The position numbers were made by a program, and so were the translations under genes. Source: an uncultured SAR86 cluster bacterium (GTDB lineage: Bacteria; Pseudomonadota; Gammaproteobacteria; Magnimaribacterales; D2472). From it: DNA of 64,000 nt. Shown piece by piece: positions 46,877 through 56,425 of the stretch. The first letter of the stretch is position 1; each line of letters begins with the position of its first letter. The notes below the pieces were generated by a model. It was given only the letters and a program-made list of their open reading frames with translations, had not been told where the DNA came from and did not search any database. The stretch spans positions 323,463 to 387,462 of the forward strand of contig CACJOM010000001.1 of assembly GCA_902595065.1 (NCBI GenBank), given 5' to 3'.

Positions 46877-48286
46877 TTATTGAACTCTATTTTCTTGAGG
46901 TTTAATAATTCCTAAATCAAAATCAGTAATGGGTTGAATTTTTGGATTATTCATATCAAATGCTAAAGCGCCATCTATCAAAACTTTTTCTGCTCTAGAA
47001 TAAACACTAAAAGGATTGCCAGTCCAAAGAACAATATCAGCATCTTTACCAACTTCTATACTGCCTGTTTGATCTAGTATTCCTGCTGCTTTGGCGGGAT
47101 TGCTTGTAATCCAGCGCATGGCATGTGCTCTAGAAATTTCAAAGCCCGCTCTATTACCAGCAGCCATTGCCTTGGCAGCTTCTTGATTGAGATGCTGAAT
47201 TCCCACCGCATCATCTGAGTGCACTATTGCGCATCCAGTTCCATTTCTAGCTTGATCAATTATTGCTACATTTGCCTGAACCATATCATATGCTTCATGC
47301 TTAAAGCCCCACCAATCAGCCCATAAAGCAGCACAGATTCCTTCGTCTGCTAAAAGGTCAGCTATTTTGTAGGCTTCAACGGCATGGTGAAAGGCAGTAA
47401 TTTTATAATTAAACTCTTTTGACAGTTCAATCATCATTGCCATTTCCTCGGCCCGATAACAATGATTCTGAATAAGAATTTCTCCATTTAAGACTCCCAT
47501 TAGGGTATCCATAGCTAAATCCCTCGTAGGTTTTCTATCTGACTTTTTTTTATTCATCCCATCAGTGTATTCAACAGCTTCTATCCAAGCACTCCGATAG
47601 CCTGCCATGTTACCCATTCTAGTTGAGGGAGCTTGCCTGCGGTTTCCATAAACTCTTTTAGGATTTTCACCACATGCCATCTTGAGAGAATGTGGTGCAC
47701 CAGGAAATTTCATTGCTTGGACAGTATTTTGCGAGACATTTTTAAAAGTTGCTCCTCTGCCACCGAATAAGTTTGCTGATCCTGGCAATACGTGAAACGC
47801 AGTTACCCCTCCTTTTAATGCAAGAGCAAATTGAGGATCTTGAGTCCACAATGAGTGCTCGGCCCAAACTTCGGCTGTAACTGGAGAAGTTGCCTCATTC
47901 CCATCAGAGCTAGTAGAAACTCCAGGAGCAGAATAAACACCCATGTGAGAATGAATGTCGATAATGCCTGGAGTTATCCATTTATCGGTTGCGTCTATGG
48001 CCATGACGCCAGGAGCTGTTATAGATTCTCCTACTTCTATTATTTTGCCCCCTGAAAGCAATAAATCATAATTTAGGAATTCTCCTCCCAAACCATCATA
48101 AATATTTGCTGATTTAAAAAGCATTGGTTCAGAATTCATTGGGGTATAGGTTGAGGCAAATGCATTATCAATCTCTAGATTAGTTGTTTCTGACTCAGAG
48201 CCTCCAAATGGAAGATCAACATTAAAACCTTCCGAGCAACCGATGATAGAAAAAAGGAGTAATAGTAAAAGTACTTTGTTATTCAT
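46877..48286 (-). CDS. Amidohydrolase-superfamily metallo-hydrolase (dipeptidase-like), lipoprotein
   Basis: ITPGIIDIHSHMG (HxH), later His/Asp ligand contexts (FHHAVEA, VHSDD) and GSIEVGKDADIVLW. ATG at 48286 gives a lipobox (LLFSIIGC). The longer ORF-track start at 48508 would overlap rph. Confidence 0.8.
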   Translation of the reverse strand: MNNKVLLLLLLFSIIGCSEGFNVDLPFGGSESETTNLEIDNAFASTYTPMNSEPMLFKSANIYDGLGGEFLNYDLLLSGGKIIEVGESITAPGVMAIDATDKWITPGIIDIHSHMGVYSAPGVSTSSDGNEATSPVTAEVWAEHSLWTQDPQFALALKGGVTAFHVLPGSANLFGGRGATFKNVSQNTVQAMKFPGAPHSLKMACGENPKRVYGNRRQAPSTRMGNMAGYRSAWIEAVEYTDGMNKKKSDRKPTRDLAMDTLMGVLNGEILIQNHCYRAEEMAMMIELSKEFNYKITAFHHAVEAYKIADLLADEGICAALWADWWGFKHEAYDMVQANVAIIDQARNGTGCAIVHSDDAVGIQHLNQEAAKAMAAGNRAGFEISRAHAMRWITSNPAKAAGILDQTGSIEVGKDADIVLWTGNPFSVYSRAEKVLIDGALAFDMNNPKIQPITDFDLGIIKPQENRVQ

Positions 48287-48342
48287 AATAGATTTTCCTC
48301 TTATTAAGATTATAGGGGCATTTAAAGAGATATAATATTGAT

Positions 48343-49047
48343 ATGACAAGAAAAAATAATCGATCAAATGATGAAATGAGACCTCTAGAAATTGAGGTTG
48401 GCGTGAATAAACATGCTGAAGGTTCTGCTCTAATAAAGTTTGGGGATACCCATGTAATTTGTACTGCAAGCATTGAAAATCATGTGCCAAGATGGATGAG
48501 AGGCTCAAATGAGGGCTGGATTACTGCAGAATATGGAATGTTGCCCCGATCAACCCACGAACGGATGAATAGAGAGGCTGCAAGAGGCAAACAAAGTGGC
48601 AGAACCATGGAAATTCAACGATTGATAGGTAGATCTTTAAGGCAAGCTGTTGATCTAAAATATTTAAAAGATAAAACAATCAATATAGATTGTGATGTTA
48701 TACAAGCAGATGGCGGAACAAGAACAGCATCTATCTCAGGCGCTTGTGTTGCTTTGTTTGAAGCCATCAAAAACTCTCATGATGATCAAAGGGCAATGAA
48801 AGAACACGTAGCAGCTGTATCAATAGGACTTAAGGATGGTTACCCTCTTTTAGACTTAGATTATGATGAAGATAGCTCTGCTGATACAGATTTAAATGTG
48901 GTAATGACCGAGAGTGGGGGGATCATAGAAATTCAAGGAACAGCTGAAAAGTATCCCTTCAGCAAAGATGAGCTTGATAAAATGGTTGAATCTGCATCAG
49001 GTGGCATTGCAAAAATAATAAATTTTCAAAAATCATGTCTGGGCTAA
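48343..49047 (+). CDS. rph: Ribonuclease PH
   Basis: [37 protein letters not shown] and [16 protein letters not shown]. Confidence 0.97.
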   Translation: MTRKNNRSNDEMRPLEIEVGVNKHAEGSALIKFGDTHVICTASIENHVPRWMRGSNEGWITAEYGMLPRSTHERMNREAARGKQSGRTMEIQRLIGRSLRQAVDLKYLKDKTINIDCDVIQADGGTRTASISGACVALFEAIKNSHDDQRAMKEHVAAVSIGLKDGYPLLDLDYDEDSSADTDLNVVMTESGGIIEIQGTAEKYPFSKDELDKMVESASGGIAKIINFQKSCLG

Positions 49048-49682
49048 AAGATTTTCAAAAAACTTTCATTGAATTAGCACTTCAATCAAATGCATTAGAA
49101 TTTGGAGAATTTAAACTTAAATCTGGAAGAGATAGTCCTTATTTTTTTAATGCAGCAAAAATGCTTAATGGTTGTGATCTATTCAAACTGGCTAACTGCT
49201 ACGTCGATGCTATTGAAGATTCATGCATGGAATTTGACTGTCTTTATGGCCCCGCATACAAAGGAATTTTTCTAGGATCAATTGTTGCAACAATCTTTAG
49301 CCAAAGAGGAAACTCATACCCTCTTTCTTTTAATAGAAAAGAAATTAAGGATCATGGTGAAGGGGGCAATATCATTGGAGCTGATCCAGTTGGAAATGTG
49401 CTAATTATTGATGATGTTTTATCTGCAGGCACAGCTGCCAGGGAGTCTATTAAGATATTAGAAAGTCTAAATTCAACTCCAAAGATCTTCCTTGTTGGTT
49501 TGGATAGACAGGAAAAAGGAAATGGTAACTTATCTGCAAAAAAAGAGCTCGAAAATGATTTTGGTATTCAAGTCTCTTCTATTATCAACTTGGATGCTCT
49601 GATAAAGTACTCTCAAAACAATCAAAGTTTTCATTCCTATGTAGTTGAGTTAGAGGGATATAGAAGTAACTGGGGTGCATAA
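49035..49682 (+). CDS. pyrE: Orotate phosphoribosyltransferase
   Basis: [17 protein letters not shown] and the PRPP-binding loop [13 protein letters not shown]. Confidence 0.96.
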   Translation: MSGLKDFQKTFIELALQSNALEFGEFKLKSGRDSPYFFNAAKMLNGCDLFKLANCYVDAIEDSCMEFDCLYGPAYKGIFLGSIVATIFSQRGNSYPLSFNRKEIKDHGEGGNIIGADPVGNVLIIDDVLSAGTAARESIKILESLNSTPKIFLVGLDRQEKGNGNLSAKKELENDFGIQVSSIINLDALIKYSQNNQSFHSYVVELEGYRSNWGA

Positions 49683-50293
49683 TGTTTACAGGAATTGTTA
49701 GCGGCAAGGGCCATGTTCAAAAAATTATTAAATGCAAAGATTACATATCATTTATCATCAAAGCCCCAAAAGGATTTTCTAAAAATTTATTAAAAGGTGC
49801 TAGCGTCTCAGTAAATGGAGTATGCCTTACAGTTAAAAAAGGCAAAACAGACATCTTGGAGTTTGATGTTATTGAAGAAACGTTAAAGAAAACAAATTTA
49901 AAAAATATCTCTAAATCATGCAAGGTTAACCTAGAACGTTCCATGACTGCTAAAACAGAAATCGGAGGACACCTAGTGTCTGGTCACATTCATGGAACAG
50001 GAGAGGTTTTGAAAGTGATCGATAGGCAAGAAACAAAAGATCTACAAATTAAAATACCTGCAAACTTGAGAGAATATTTTTTTTACAAAGGCTATGTGGC
50101 TCTTAATGGATGCAGTCTAACCATTGGAAAAGTGCTTAAGTCATCTTTTTATATTCATCTTATTCCTGAAACAGTTTCAGTTACTACTTTTAAAGATATA
50201 AAAAAGGGAGACTTAATTAATATTGAAGTCGAACAAACAACAATCAACACGGTTGAAACAGTTAAAAGAGTTATGCTTGAGAGAAAAGTTTAG
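49682..50293 (+). CDS. ribE: Riboflavin synthase (alpha chain)
   Basis: MFTGIV.G.G..., duplicated lumazine-binding repeats (SVNGVCLTV, ALNGCSLTI) and 203 aa. Confidence 0.94.
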   Translation: MFTGIVSGKGHVQKIIKCKDYISFIIKAPKGFSKNLLKGASVSVNGVCLTVKKGKTDILEFDVIEETLKKTNLKNISKSCKVNLERSMTAKTEIGGHLVSGHIHGTGEVLKVIDRQETKDLQIKIPANLREYFFYKGYVALNGCSLTIGKVLKSSFYIHLIPETVSVTTFKDIKKGDLINIEVEQTTINTVETVKRVMLERKV

Positions 50294-51185
50294 TTAAAAC
50301 TGCCATTCTCATTCCAACGCCATTAAAAATTTGATTTCTTATTTTGCAGTTTTCTAACTTGCTCGCTTCTTTGCATAATTCAATTCCGAAGTTTACTGGT
50401 CCGGGGTGGAGTAAAATCATATCAGGATCGGCAACTTGTAATGAGTCAATATTTACCTGATACCTATCAATATAATCTTGCGCTCCAATAGAAAGTTTCT
50501 CTGATAGCCTCTCGTTTTGGATCCTTAATGCCATAACAACATCAGCGTCTTGTAATGCTGTCTCTAATTCAGATTCAAAGTTCCCAATAGAGCTATCTAT
50601 AAAATTTTTACAGAGATCAGGATGACCGCAAAAGGTAATGCTTTTATAGCCAACTATTTCAATTGCCTCTATAAAAGAACTCACCACCCTTGAGTGGTCA
50701 AGATCGCCAACTATTGTGATATTTAATTTATCAAAATTTTCTTTCGATTCATGTATGGTCATTAAATCAATTAATGTTTGAGTGGGATGAGAAATCGAGC
50801 CTTCGCCTGCATTAACGAATTGCATATTTGAAAAATCTTTTACAAGGTCATGAATTACCGATTCAGTATGACGAAGAATGCATAAATTAACCCCCATCAT
50901 CTCCATTGCTTCTAAGGTATCCTGAAGAGTTTCACCTTTGTTCATAGAGGAATTAGATAAATCAAAGTCTATAAATTTTGCACCTAAGTTATGGGCTGCA
51001 ATTTCAAAAGAAAGTTTGGTTCTGGTGCTAGGTTCACAAAAGATAGAGGCAATCTTCTTATCAGGAAACAAATTTTCATTTCGATAGTCTAAAGAATCTT
51101 CAGACTTAAAATTATTCGCAAGTTCAATAAGATTATAGATATCTTTCTTCGTTAGGTCAGAAAAATTAATTAGATTTTTAGACAT
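50271..51185 (-). CDS. pyrB: Aspartate carbamoyltransferase catalytic subunit
   Basis: EPSTRTKLSFE, HPTQ and HPGP motifs. Its 3' end overlaps the convergent ribE by 23 bp. Confidence 0.95.
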   Translation of the reverse strand: MSKNLINFSDLTKKDIYNLIELANNFKSEDSLDYRNENLFPDKKIASIFCEPSTRTKLSFEIAAHNLGAKFIDFDLSNSSMNKGETLQDTLEAMEMMGVNLCILRHTESVIHDLVKDFSNMQFVNAGEGSISHPTQTLIDLMTIHESKENFDKLNITIVGDLDHSRVVSSFIEAIEIVGYKSITFCGHPDLCKNFIDSSIGNFESELETALQDADVVMALRIQNERLSEKLSIGAQDYIDRYQVNIDSLQVADPDMILLHPGPVNFGIELCKEASKLENCKIRNQIFNGVGMRMAVLTKLFSQA

Positions 51186-51568
51186 TAAACATTAATAGAT
51201 AAAATAGCATCCATTTCAATATCTACTCCTTTGGGAAGTTTTGAAACCTCAACTGTTGCTCTTGCTGGAAAGGGTTCAGAGAATCTTTTTTTCATAATCT
51301 CATTAACTGAATCAAATTTTGCTAGATCAGTTAGATAAATAGTTAATTTAAGAATATTATCAAGACCGCCGCCTGCTTCCATGCAGATCGCTTCCAGATT
51401 ATCTATCACTTGGGATGCCTGATCAGCAAAAGAGTTGTTATTTAATTCTCCCGTTGCAGGTATTAATGGTATTTGCCCAGATATAAAAACAACATCACCC
51501 CATTGAATCGCTTGAGAATATGGGCCTATTGCAGCTGGCGCGTTATTTGTAAAAATTGGTTTTTTCAT
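51185..51568 (-). CDS. ridA: RidA family reactive-intermediate deaminase
   Basis: MKKPIFTNNAPAAIGPYSQA aligns with the E. coli RidA N-terminus, and the C-terminus has PARATVEV. ATG at 51568 is preferred. Confidence 0.92.
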   Translation of the reverse strand: MKKPIFTNNAPAAIGPYSQAIQWGDVVFISGQIPLIPATGELNNNSFADQASQVIDNLEAICMEAGGGLDNILKLTIYLTDLAKFDSVNEIMKKRFSEPFPARATVEVSKLPKGVDIEMDAILSINV

Positions 51569-53765
51569 TTTTTGTTTTAGCATCATTAACTATTCGAGAA
51601 CAGCTTGTAACAAAGCGTAATGAGCGTAATTTTACCATCAATTGATTTATTGAATCAGTATTCAAAACTTCTACTTCAACAATAAACTCTATAATCATTG
51701 CATCAATGTCTCTGCTTTGAATATTAACTATATTTAGATTGGATTTTGTAAAGACCGAAGCTATATCTGCAAGAATTCCTGGCCTATCTTCTGCGTGGAT
51801 TTTAATATGTCCTTTGTAGTGAAGCTCCTTACTATCACTTCCCCACATTACAGGAAAATATCTTGCTGAAAGATTATGGCTCCTATGTGGAGCAACCTGT
51901 CTACATCTTGAATGGTGAATTACAATTCCTCTATCGGTATCAGAATGAGCTGTTATTGGGTCACCATAAATGGGCATACAGCATTTCGCATAAATTACTG
52001 AAACGCCTTCAATCTGATGATCAGACAAAACCATTGCCTTAACTTTAGAGTTAATATTTTTTTTCAGTCTTAAGCCTGAAAAAAATCTTTCTGCAACCAA
52101 TGCACCTGTTTTCTTTCCAGATCCTAAGTCAGTTAACAGTTCATTAAGAGATTTAACTCCTATCATTTCTAGGATCCTAGACAATCTACTACCACGATAC
52201 TGATCGAGGGTCGCCCCACCCCTTTTAAGCTCACTTTCTAAAAGTAATTTTCCAGCTTTTCTGGCCTGTGAAATTTTTTGCTTACGGAGTGCAAACCGAA
52301 TAGAGGATCTAGCTTTGCTGGTTGCAACAAAGTTCAGCCAATCCGGGCTAACCTCTTCATTTTCAGAAGCAATAATCTCAATTGATTGTCCATTTTCCAA
52401 GCGTATATTTAATGGGGCATACTTCCTGTTAACTTTACATCCAATAGCTTTATTGCCCAAGTCAGTGTGAAGTTCATAAGCAAAATCAATAGGTGTAGAG
52501 CCAGATTTCAAATTTACAATTTTGCCAGTTGGAGTAAAAACATACACTTCGTCATAAACTAAATCAGTTTTAATAGACTCCACAAATTCATGAGAGTCTA
52601 CAGAAACTTCATTAAGCTTAGTAAAACTCTCAATCCACTTTTTTGCTCCTATTAATTCTGAACTGACTGAGTCTTTTGTTTTATATGACCAATGAGCAGA
52701 AATACCATTTTGGGCAATTATTTCCATGCTTTTGGTTTGAATTTGTACCTCTATTGGAATACCATCAAGCGCTATTAAAGAGGTATGTATAGCTTGATAG
52801 CCATTTGTTTTCGGAATTGCAATATAATCTTTAAACCTATTTCCGATTGGTTTGTGGACATTGTGAATCACTCCCAATGCTCGATATGCATCATCCACTG
52901 AATTAACAATAACTCTAAAAGCATATACATCTAGCAATTGTGAAAATGGTTTTTTCTTGTTTTTTATTTTGTTGTAAATGCTATAAAGAGATTTTTGGCG
53001 TCCCTTTGCTGTAGCAGCAATATCGTTATTCTTTAGATGATATTTAAATTGCTTTCTAAGCTTAGAGATAATTCTTTTGCGGCCGCCAACAGACTGTTTG
53101 ACAGCTGACTCCAACATTCTTGCTCGCATAGGATGAATGCATTTAAAAGCCAAATCTTCAAGTTCAATCCGAATATTTTGCATTCCTATTCTAATTGCAA
53201 TAGGTCCGTATAACTCTAGAGTTTCAATTGACTTAGTAATTTGTTTTTCTCTAGGAAGAAACTCAATTGTTCGCATGTTATGGAGTCGGTCGCATAATTT
53301 TACAATTATTACTCGTATGTCTTTTGACATAGCTAAAGCCATTTTTTGTAAATTATTAGCATTCCGCTCTTCTATATTTACAAAATCGAGTTTATTTAAA
53401 TTACTCACGCCATCTACAATACCTAATATCTCTTTACCGAAAAGCTTTTCCAAATAAGTTTTTTGTATAAAGCTATCTTCTAAAACATCGTGCATTAAAC
53501 CTGCGCAAACTGTTTGAATATCTAAATGTAACTCTATTAAGATAGATGCGACTGCAACTGGATGAGTTATGTATGCGGAACCTTCTTTACGAAATTGATC
53601 CTTGTGTGCTTCAAAAGCAACATTATATGCTGTTTGTAAAAGATCTAATTCTTTCTTAGAAAAATATTCTTTAGCAGACTCGTAAAGTTTTTTTGGAACT
53701 GGTGAAAGTAATTTTCTATTAGAGAAATCTAAGAGAACTTGATTGGGGATTGCCCGGTCACTCAA
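51543..53765 (-). CDS. spoT: Bifunctional (p)ppGpp synthetase/hydrolase SpoT/RelA-family (RSH)
   Basis: HD hydrolase motifs (HPVAVASIL, HDVLED), a synthetase domain (YRALGVIH..., GYQAIHT) and TGS and ACT-like C-terminal domains. rpoZ-spoT order. TTG start. Confidence 0.93.
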   Translation of the reverse strand: MSDRAIPNQVLLDFSNRKLLSPVPKKLYESAKEYFSKKELDLLQTAYNVAFEAHKDQFRKEGSAYITHPVAVASILIELHLDIQTVCAGLMHDVLEDSFIQKTYLEKLFGKEILGIVDGVSNLNKLDFVNIEERNANNLQKMALAMSKDIRVIIVKLCDRLHNMRTIEFLPREKQITKSIETLELYGPIAIRIGMQNIRIELEDLAFKCIHPMRARMLESAVKQSVGGRKRIISKLRKQFKYHLKNNDIAATAKGRQKSLYSIYNKIKNKKKPFSQLLDVYAFRVIVNSVDDAYRALGVIHNVHKPIGNRFKDYIAIPKTNGYQAIHTSLIALDGIPIEVQIQTKSMEIIAQNGISAHWSYKTKDSVSSELIGAKKWIESFTKLNEVSVDSHEFVESIKTDLVYDEVYVFTPTGKIVNLKSGSTPIDFAYELHTDLGNKAIGCKVNRKYAPLNIRLENGQSIEIIASENEEVSPDWLNFVATSKARSSIRFALRKQKISQARKAGKLLLESELKRGGATLDQYRGSRLSRILEMIGVKSLNELLTDLGSGKKTGALVAERFFSGLRLKKNINSKVKAMVLSDHQIEGVSVIYAKCCMPIYGDPITAHSDTDRGIVIHHSRCRQVAPHRSHNLSARYFPVMWGSDSKELHYKGHIKIHAEDRPGILADIASVFTKSNLNIVNIQSRDIDAMIIEFIVEVEVLNTDSINQLMVKLRSLRFVTSCSRIVNDAKTKNEKTNFYK

Positions 53766-53786
53766 TGAGAAACTCCAGGATTAACA

Positions 53787-54059
53787 TCAGCCGATAATTT
53801 CGTCTTGCGGTTTATCTCTGTCGATAGCAAACTCATCTAAGAGCAAATCCTCTTCAAGAGTTTTATCAAGAATCTCTTTTGTAATAAGTCCTTCTTCAAT
53901 TTCTCTTAAAGCAACAATTGTAGGTTTATCATCTTCCCACTCTACCATTGGTTCTCTGCTAGTTGTTGAAAGTTGTCTTGCTCTTCCAGATGCTAACAAA
54001 ATTAATTCAAATCTGCTGTGCACTTTATCTAAACAACCTTCTACTGTAATTCTTGCCAT
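53787..54059 (-). CDS. rpoZ: DNA-directed RNA polymerase subunit omega
   Basis: [29 protein letters not shown]. Confidence 0.96.
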   Translation of the reverse strand: MARITVEGCLDKVHSRFELILLASGRARQLSTTSREPMVEWEDDKPTIVALREIEEGLITKEILDKTLEEDLLLDEFAIDRDKPQDEIIG

Positions 54060-54097
54060 AATGTTTTCTCCGAGGGCGTATTTTAGTGTTTATTTGC

Positions 54098-54730
54098 CTA
54101 ATATGACAATAGCTGAGCTAAAAACTGTTGTACTTCTTCCTCATTTTCTCTATTTAAGGGCTTTTCTTGGGCAATAATGCAAAAAAGCTCTTTTTCCGCG
54201 TCATCAAAGGAATCATTGATAATGATATGCTTATATTCATTTGCATGTGTTAATTCCTCTTTTGCATTTTTTAATCTCAAATTGATTGACTCTATGTCTT
54301 CGTCTCCCCTGCTTTTTATTCTTTCTTCAAGAGAATGAATAGATGGCGGTAGAATAAAGATTGAATCATAATTAAGTGACATATCATTAATTTGCCTAAA
54401 TCCTTGGACATCAATCTCAAGAATTAAGTTTACTCCTGAGCTTAATTTAGATTGAACAAAATCCACAGAAGTTCCATACCAATTGCCGTGAACTTCAGCA
54501 TGTTCAAGAAAAAAATTAGAATTTTTTTTATCCAGAAAATCTTCTTCTGAAATAAAAAAATATTGATTACCATTCGACTCACCTTTCCTTGGCAATCTTG
54601 TTGTATAAGAAATAGATAATTCTAAAGGTAGATCGGATTCATCAGCTGAGGCTAAAACTGCATCAATTAAAGATGACTTGCCCGCACCAGAGGGAGCTGA
54701 GACTAAAAAAAGCTTTGGATCTTTAATCAC
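54098..54730 (-). CDS. gmk: Guanylate kinase
   Basis: P-loop SAPSGAGKSSL, TTR.PR.GE..G..Y.F and gmk-rpoZ-spoT synteny. Confidence 0.95.
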   Translation of the reverse strand: MIKDPKLFLVSAPSGAGKSSLIDAVLASADESDLPLELSISYTTRLPRKGESNGNQYFFISEEDFLDKKNSNFFLEHAEVHGNWYGTSVDFVQSKLSSGVNLILEIDVQGFRQINDMSLNYDSIFILPPSIHSLEERIKSRGDEDIESINLRLKNAKEELTHANEYKHIIINDSFDDAEKELFCIIAQEKPLNRENEEEVQQFLAQLLSY

Positions 54731-55578
54731 TCTAAATTTTGAGCCTGCTCACGCAGTTCCTCTACCTTTAATTTCATAGTTAATGCTAAATCTTTTAAAT
54801 CCGGTTTTTCTATTTTAACTGATAGGGTATTTACTTCTCTAAATAATTCCTGAAGGATGAAGTCCATTTTTTTTCCATGTGCACTTTTTAGCTTAAACAA
54901 TTTATTAAGCGACTCAATATGAAAACTAATTCTTTCAAGCTCCTCAGCAATATCATGCTTTAGAGCAACATTTGATAATTCATTAGCGATCTCGTCTTTA
55001 TTAATATCAATATTTTTTTGAATGAACTTTTTCTTGATAGTTATGACTCTGTGCTTCAGCAATAAAGGTGCTGACTTTAATAATTTTTGATGAGCATTTT
55101 TTAAAAATAACGTCTTAGCTAGAATAACTTTCTCTATTTTTTTACCTTCCTTGGCCCTGGACTCTACTAGGTTCTTTATTGCAATATTTAATGCTTTCTT
55201 GCCTAAAATTGAAATATCTTTTTTTGAGGTGCTGACTGTTAATAGCCCTGGAATATCTCTAAGATCACTTAATTTAAGATTTAAGTGTTTAAAGTCTTTG
55301 CTAGCTTTTAAAGCATTCTTTAAGTTTCTGATGCTTTCTTGATTGAGCTCATATGAATGTTCTGCTTGATAATTATCATGAATTTTTACCTCAAATGATC
55401 CTCTGAGGAACTTTTTCTTTAGTTGATTTTTTATATATTCCTCTAAATCATTTGGCAGGCTATATCCTCTGAAAGATATATCTAAAAATCTATTATTAAC
55501 TGACTTAATTTCACACAAAACCTCCATCTTTTTTGAGGTTGCTTGCCCAGTTCCATACCCTGTCATGCTGTAAAACAT
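54727..55578 (-). CDS. yicC: YicC family stress-induced protein (endoribonuclease YicC)
   Basis: The MTGYG N-terminus, the C-terminal DUF1732-like LQELFREVNTL...LKVEELREQAQNLE, and adjacency to gmk. Confidence 0.88.
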   Translation of the reverse strand: MFYSMTGYGTGQATSKKMEVLCEIKSVNNRFLDISFRGYSLPNDLEEYIKNQLKKKFLRGSFEVKIHDNYQAEHSYELNQESIRNLKNALKASKDFKHLNLKLSDLRDIPGLLTVSTSKKDISILGKKALNIAIKNLVESRAKEGKKIEKVILAKTLFLKNAHQKLLKSAPLLLKHRVITIKKKFIQKNIDINKDEIANELSNVALKHDIAEELERISFHIESLNKLFKLKSAHGKKMDFILQELFREVNTLSVKIEKPDLKDLALTMKLKVEELREQAQNLE

Positions 55579-55602
55579 AAGTTTCCTAAATACTTTTTAC
55601 TA

Positions 55603-56382
55603 TTATCTCATTAAACCACTATTCAATAACTTTTGCGGATCAAATGACTTAGCAATATTGTCTGAACTTATAAAAAAATCTTCGAAAGAGTGCTCAGGGC
55701 AAAAAAGGGTAAAAATCTCACTATACTTTAGAGCCTTTTCGCTGCAGATTAGAGGGCCAGATATGGGAGCCAATTCTTTGCAGCATATATAGTTTGCAAT
55801 AACCAATGCAAGATTATTCCTGCTAAACATATTAGCCTCGTTAAAACGGAGAACATATTTTTTTCCTTCAAAAGTATCTACATGGTTTTGCATCCAATGC
55901 TTTTTCTCATCATATAATCCTGATGGCCGCAATATGAGTGGCGCTACTTTTGATTCATTCGATATAAAATTTTCATAATCTAAAATTACTCTGCCCTGCT
56001 GATCATCAGGCAGGGGCTCCGATGCTTCATTTATGTTTCTCCCGTTACCTATCCCGTATACTCTGGTTGAAGTTACAATCAGCAATCTCTCATAACTAAT
56101 ATAGTTATTTAAAAAACACATGATTTTATGTGATGCATCTAAAAATCCTTGCTTATATCCATCTACATCAGATGAAGTCGGTTTTAATATTAAGACAATG
56201 GTTGAGAAATCTGAAGATGGCAGCGTCAAGCTTGATTGGTTTATCCAATCCTGTTGAATGAATATAACATTGTCTAAATTAGAGGGCACACTTCTGGAAA
56301 CCCCTATAAACTTTTGATCAGGAAGGCTGGCCGCAACCCTTCTTCCTATGTCTCCGTAACCTATAATTAAAACTTTTTTCAT
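55603..56382 (-). CDS. NAD(P)-binding Rossmann-fold protein (epimerase/dehydratase-like SDR)
   Basis: MKKVLIIGYGDIGRRVA is a dinucleotide-binding motif. I recognise no further specific signature. Confidence 0.5.
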   Translation of the reverse strand: MKKVLIIGYGDIGRRVAASLPDQKFIGVSRSVPSNLDNVIFIQQDWINQSSLTLPSSDFSTIVLILKPTSSDVDGYKQGFLDASHKIMCFLNNYISYERLLIVTSTRVYGIGNGRNINEASEPLPDDQQGRVILDYENFISNESKVAPLILRPSGLYDEKKHWMQNHVDTFEGKKYVLRFNEANMFSRNNLALVIANYICCKELAPISGPLICSEKALKYSEIFTLFCPEHSFEDFFISSDNIAKSFDPQKLLNSGLMR

Positions 56383-56425
56383 ATATATGTTTCTAAAGTC
56401 CTTATATTAAAAGTATTATCGTTAA

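Noticed and set aside
48287-48508. N-terminal 74-codon extension of the 543-aa amidohydrolase ORF.
   Set aside because: The extension would run through the rph start (48343) on the other strand. The internal ATG at 48286 gives a clean lipoprotein signal (LLFSIIGC), while the extension has no signal peptide character.
50271-50293. 23-bp convergent overlap of the ribE and pyrB 3' ends, plus a 4-bp coq7/trpC overlap, considered as a possible annotation error or antisense regulatory arrangement.
   Set aside because: Both pairs have full-length conserved C-termini. Short convergent overlaps fit the extreme compaction seen throughout the window.
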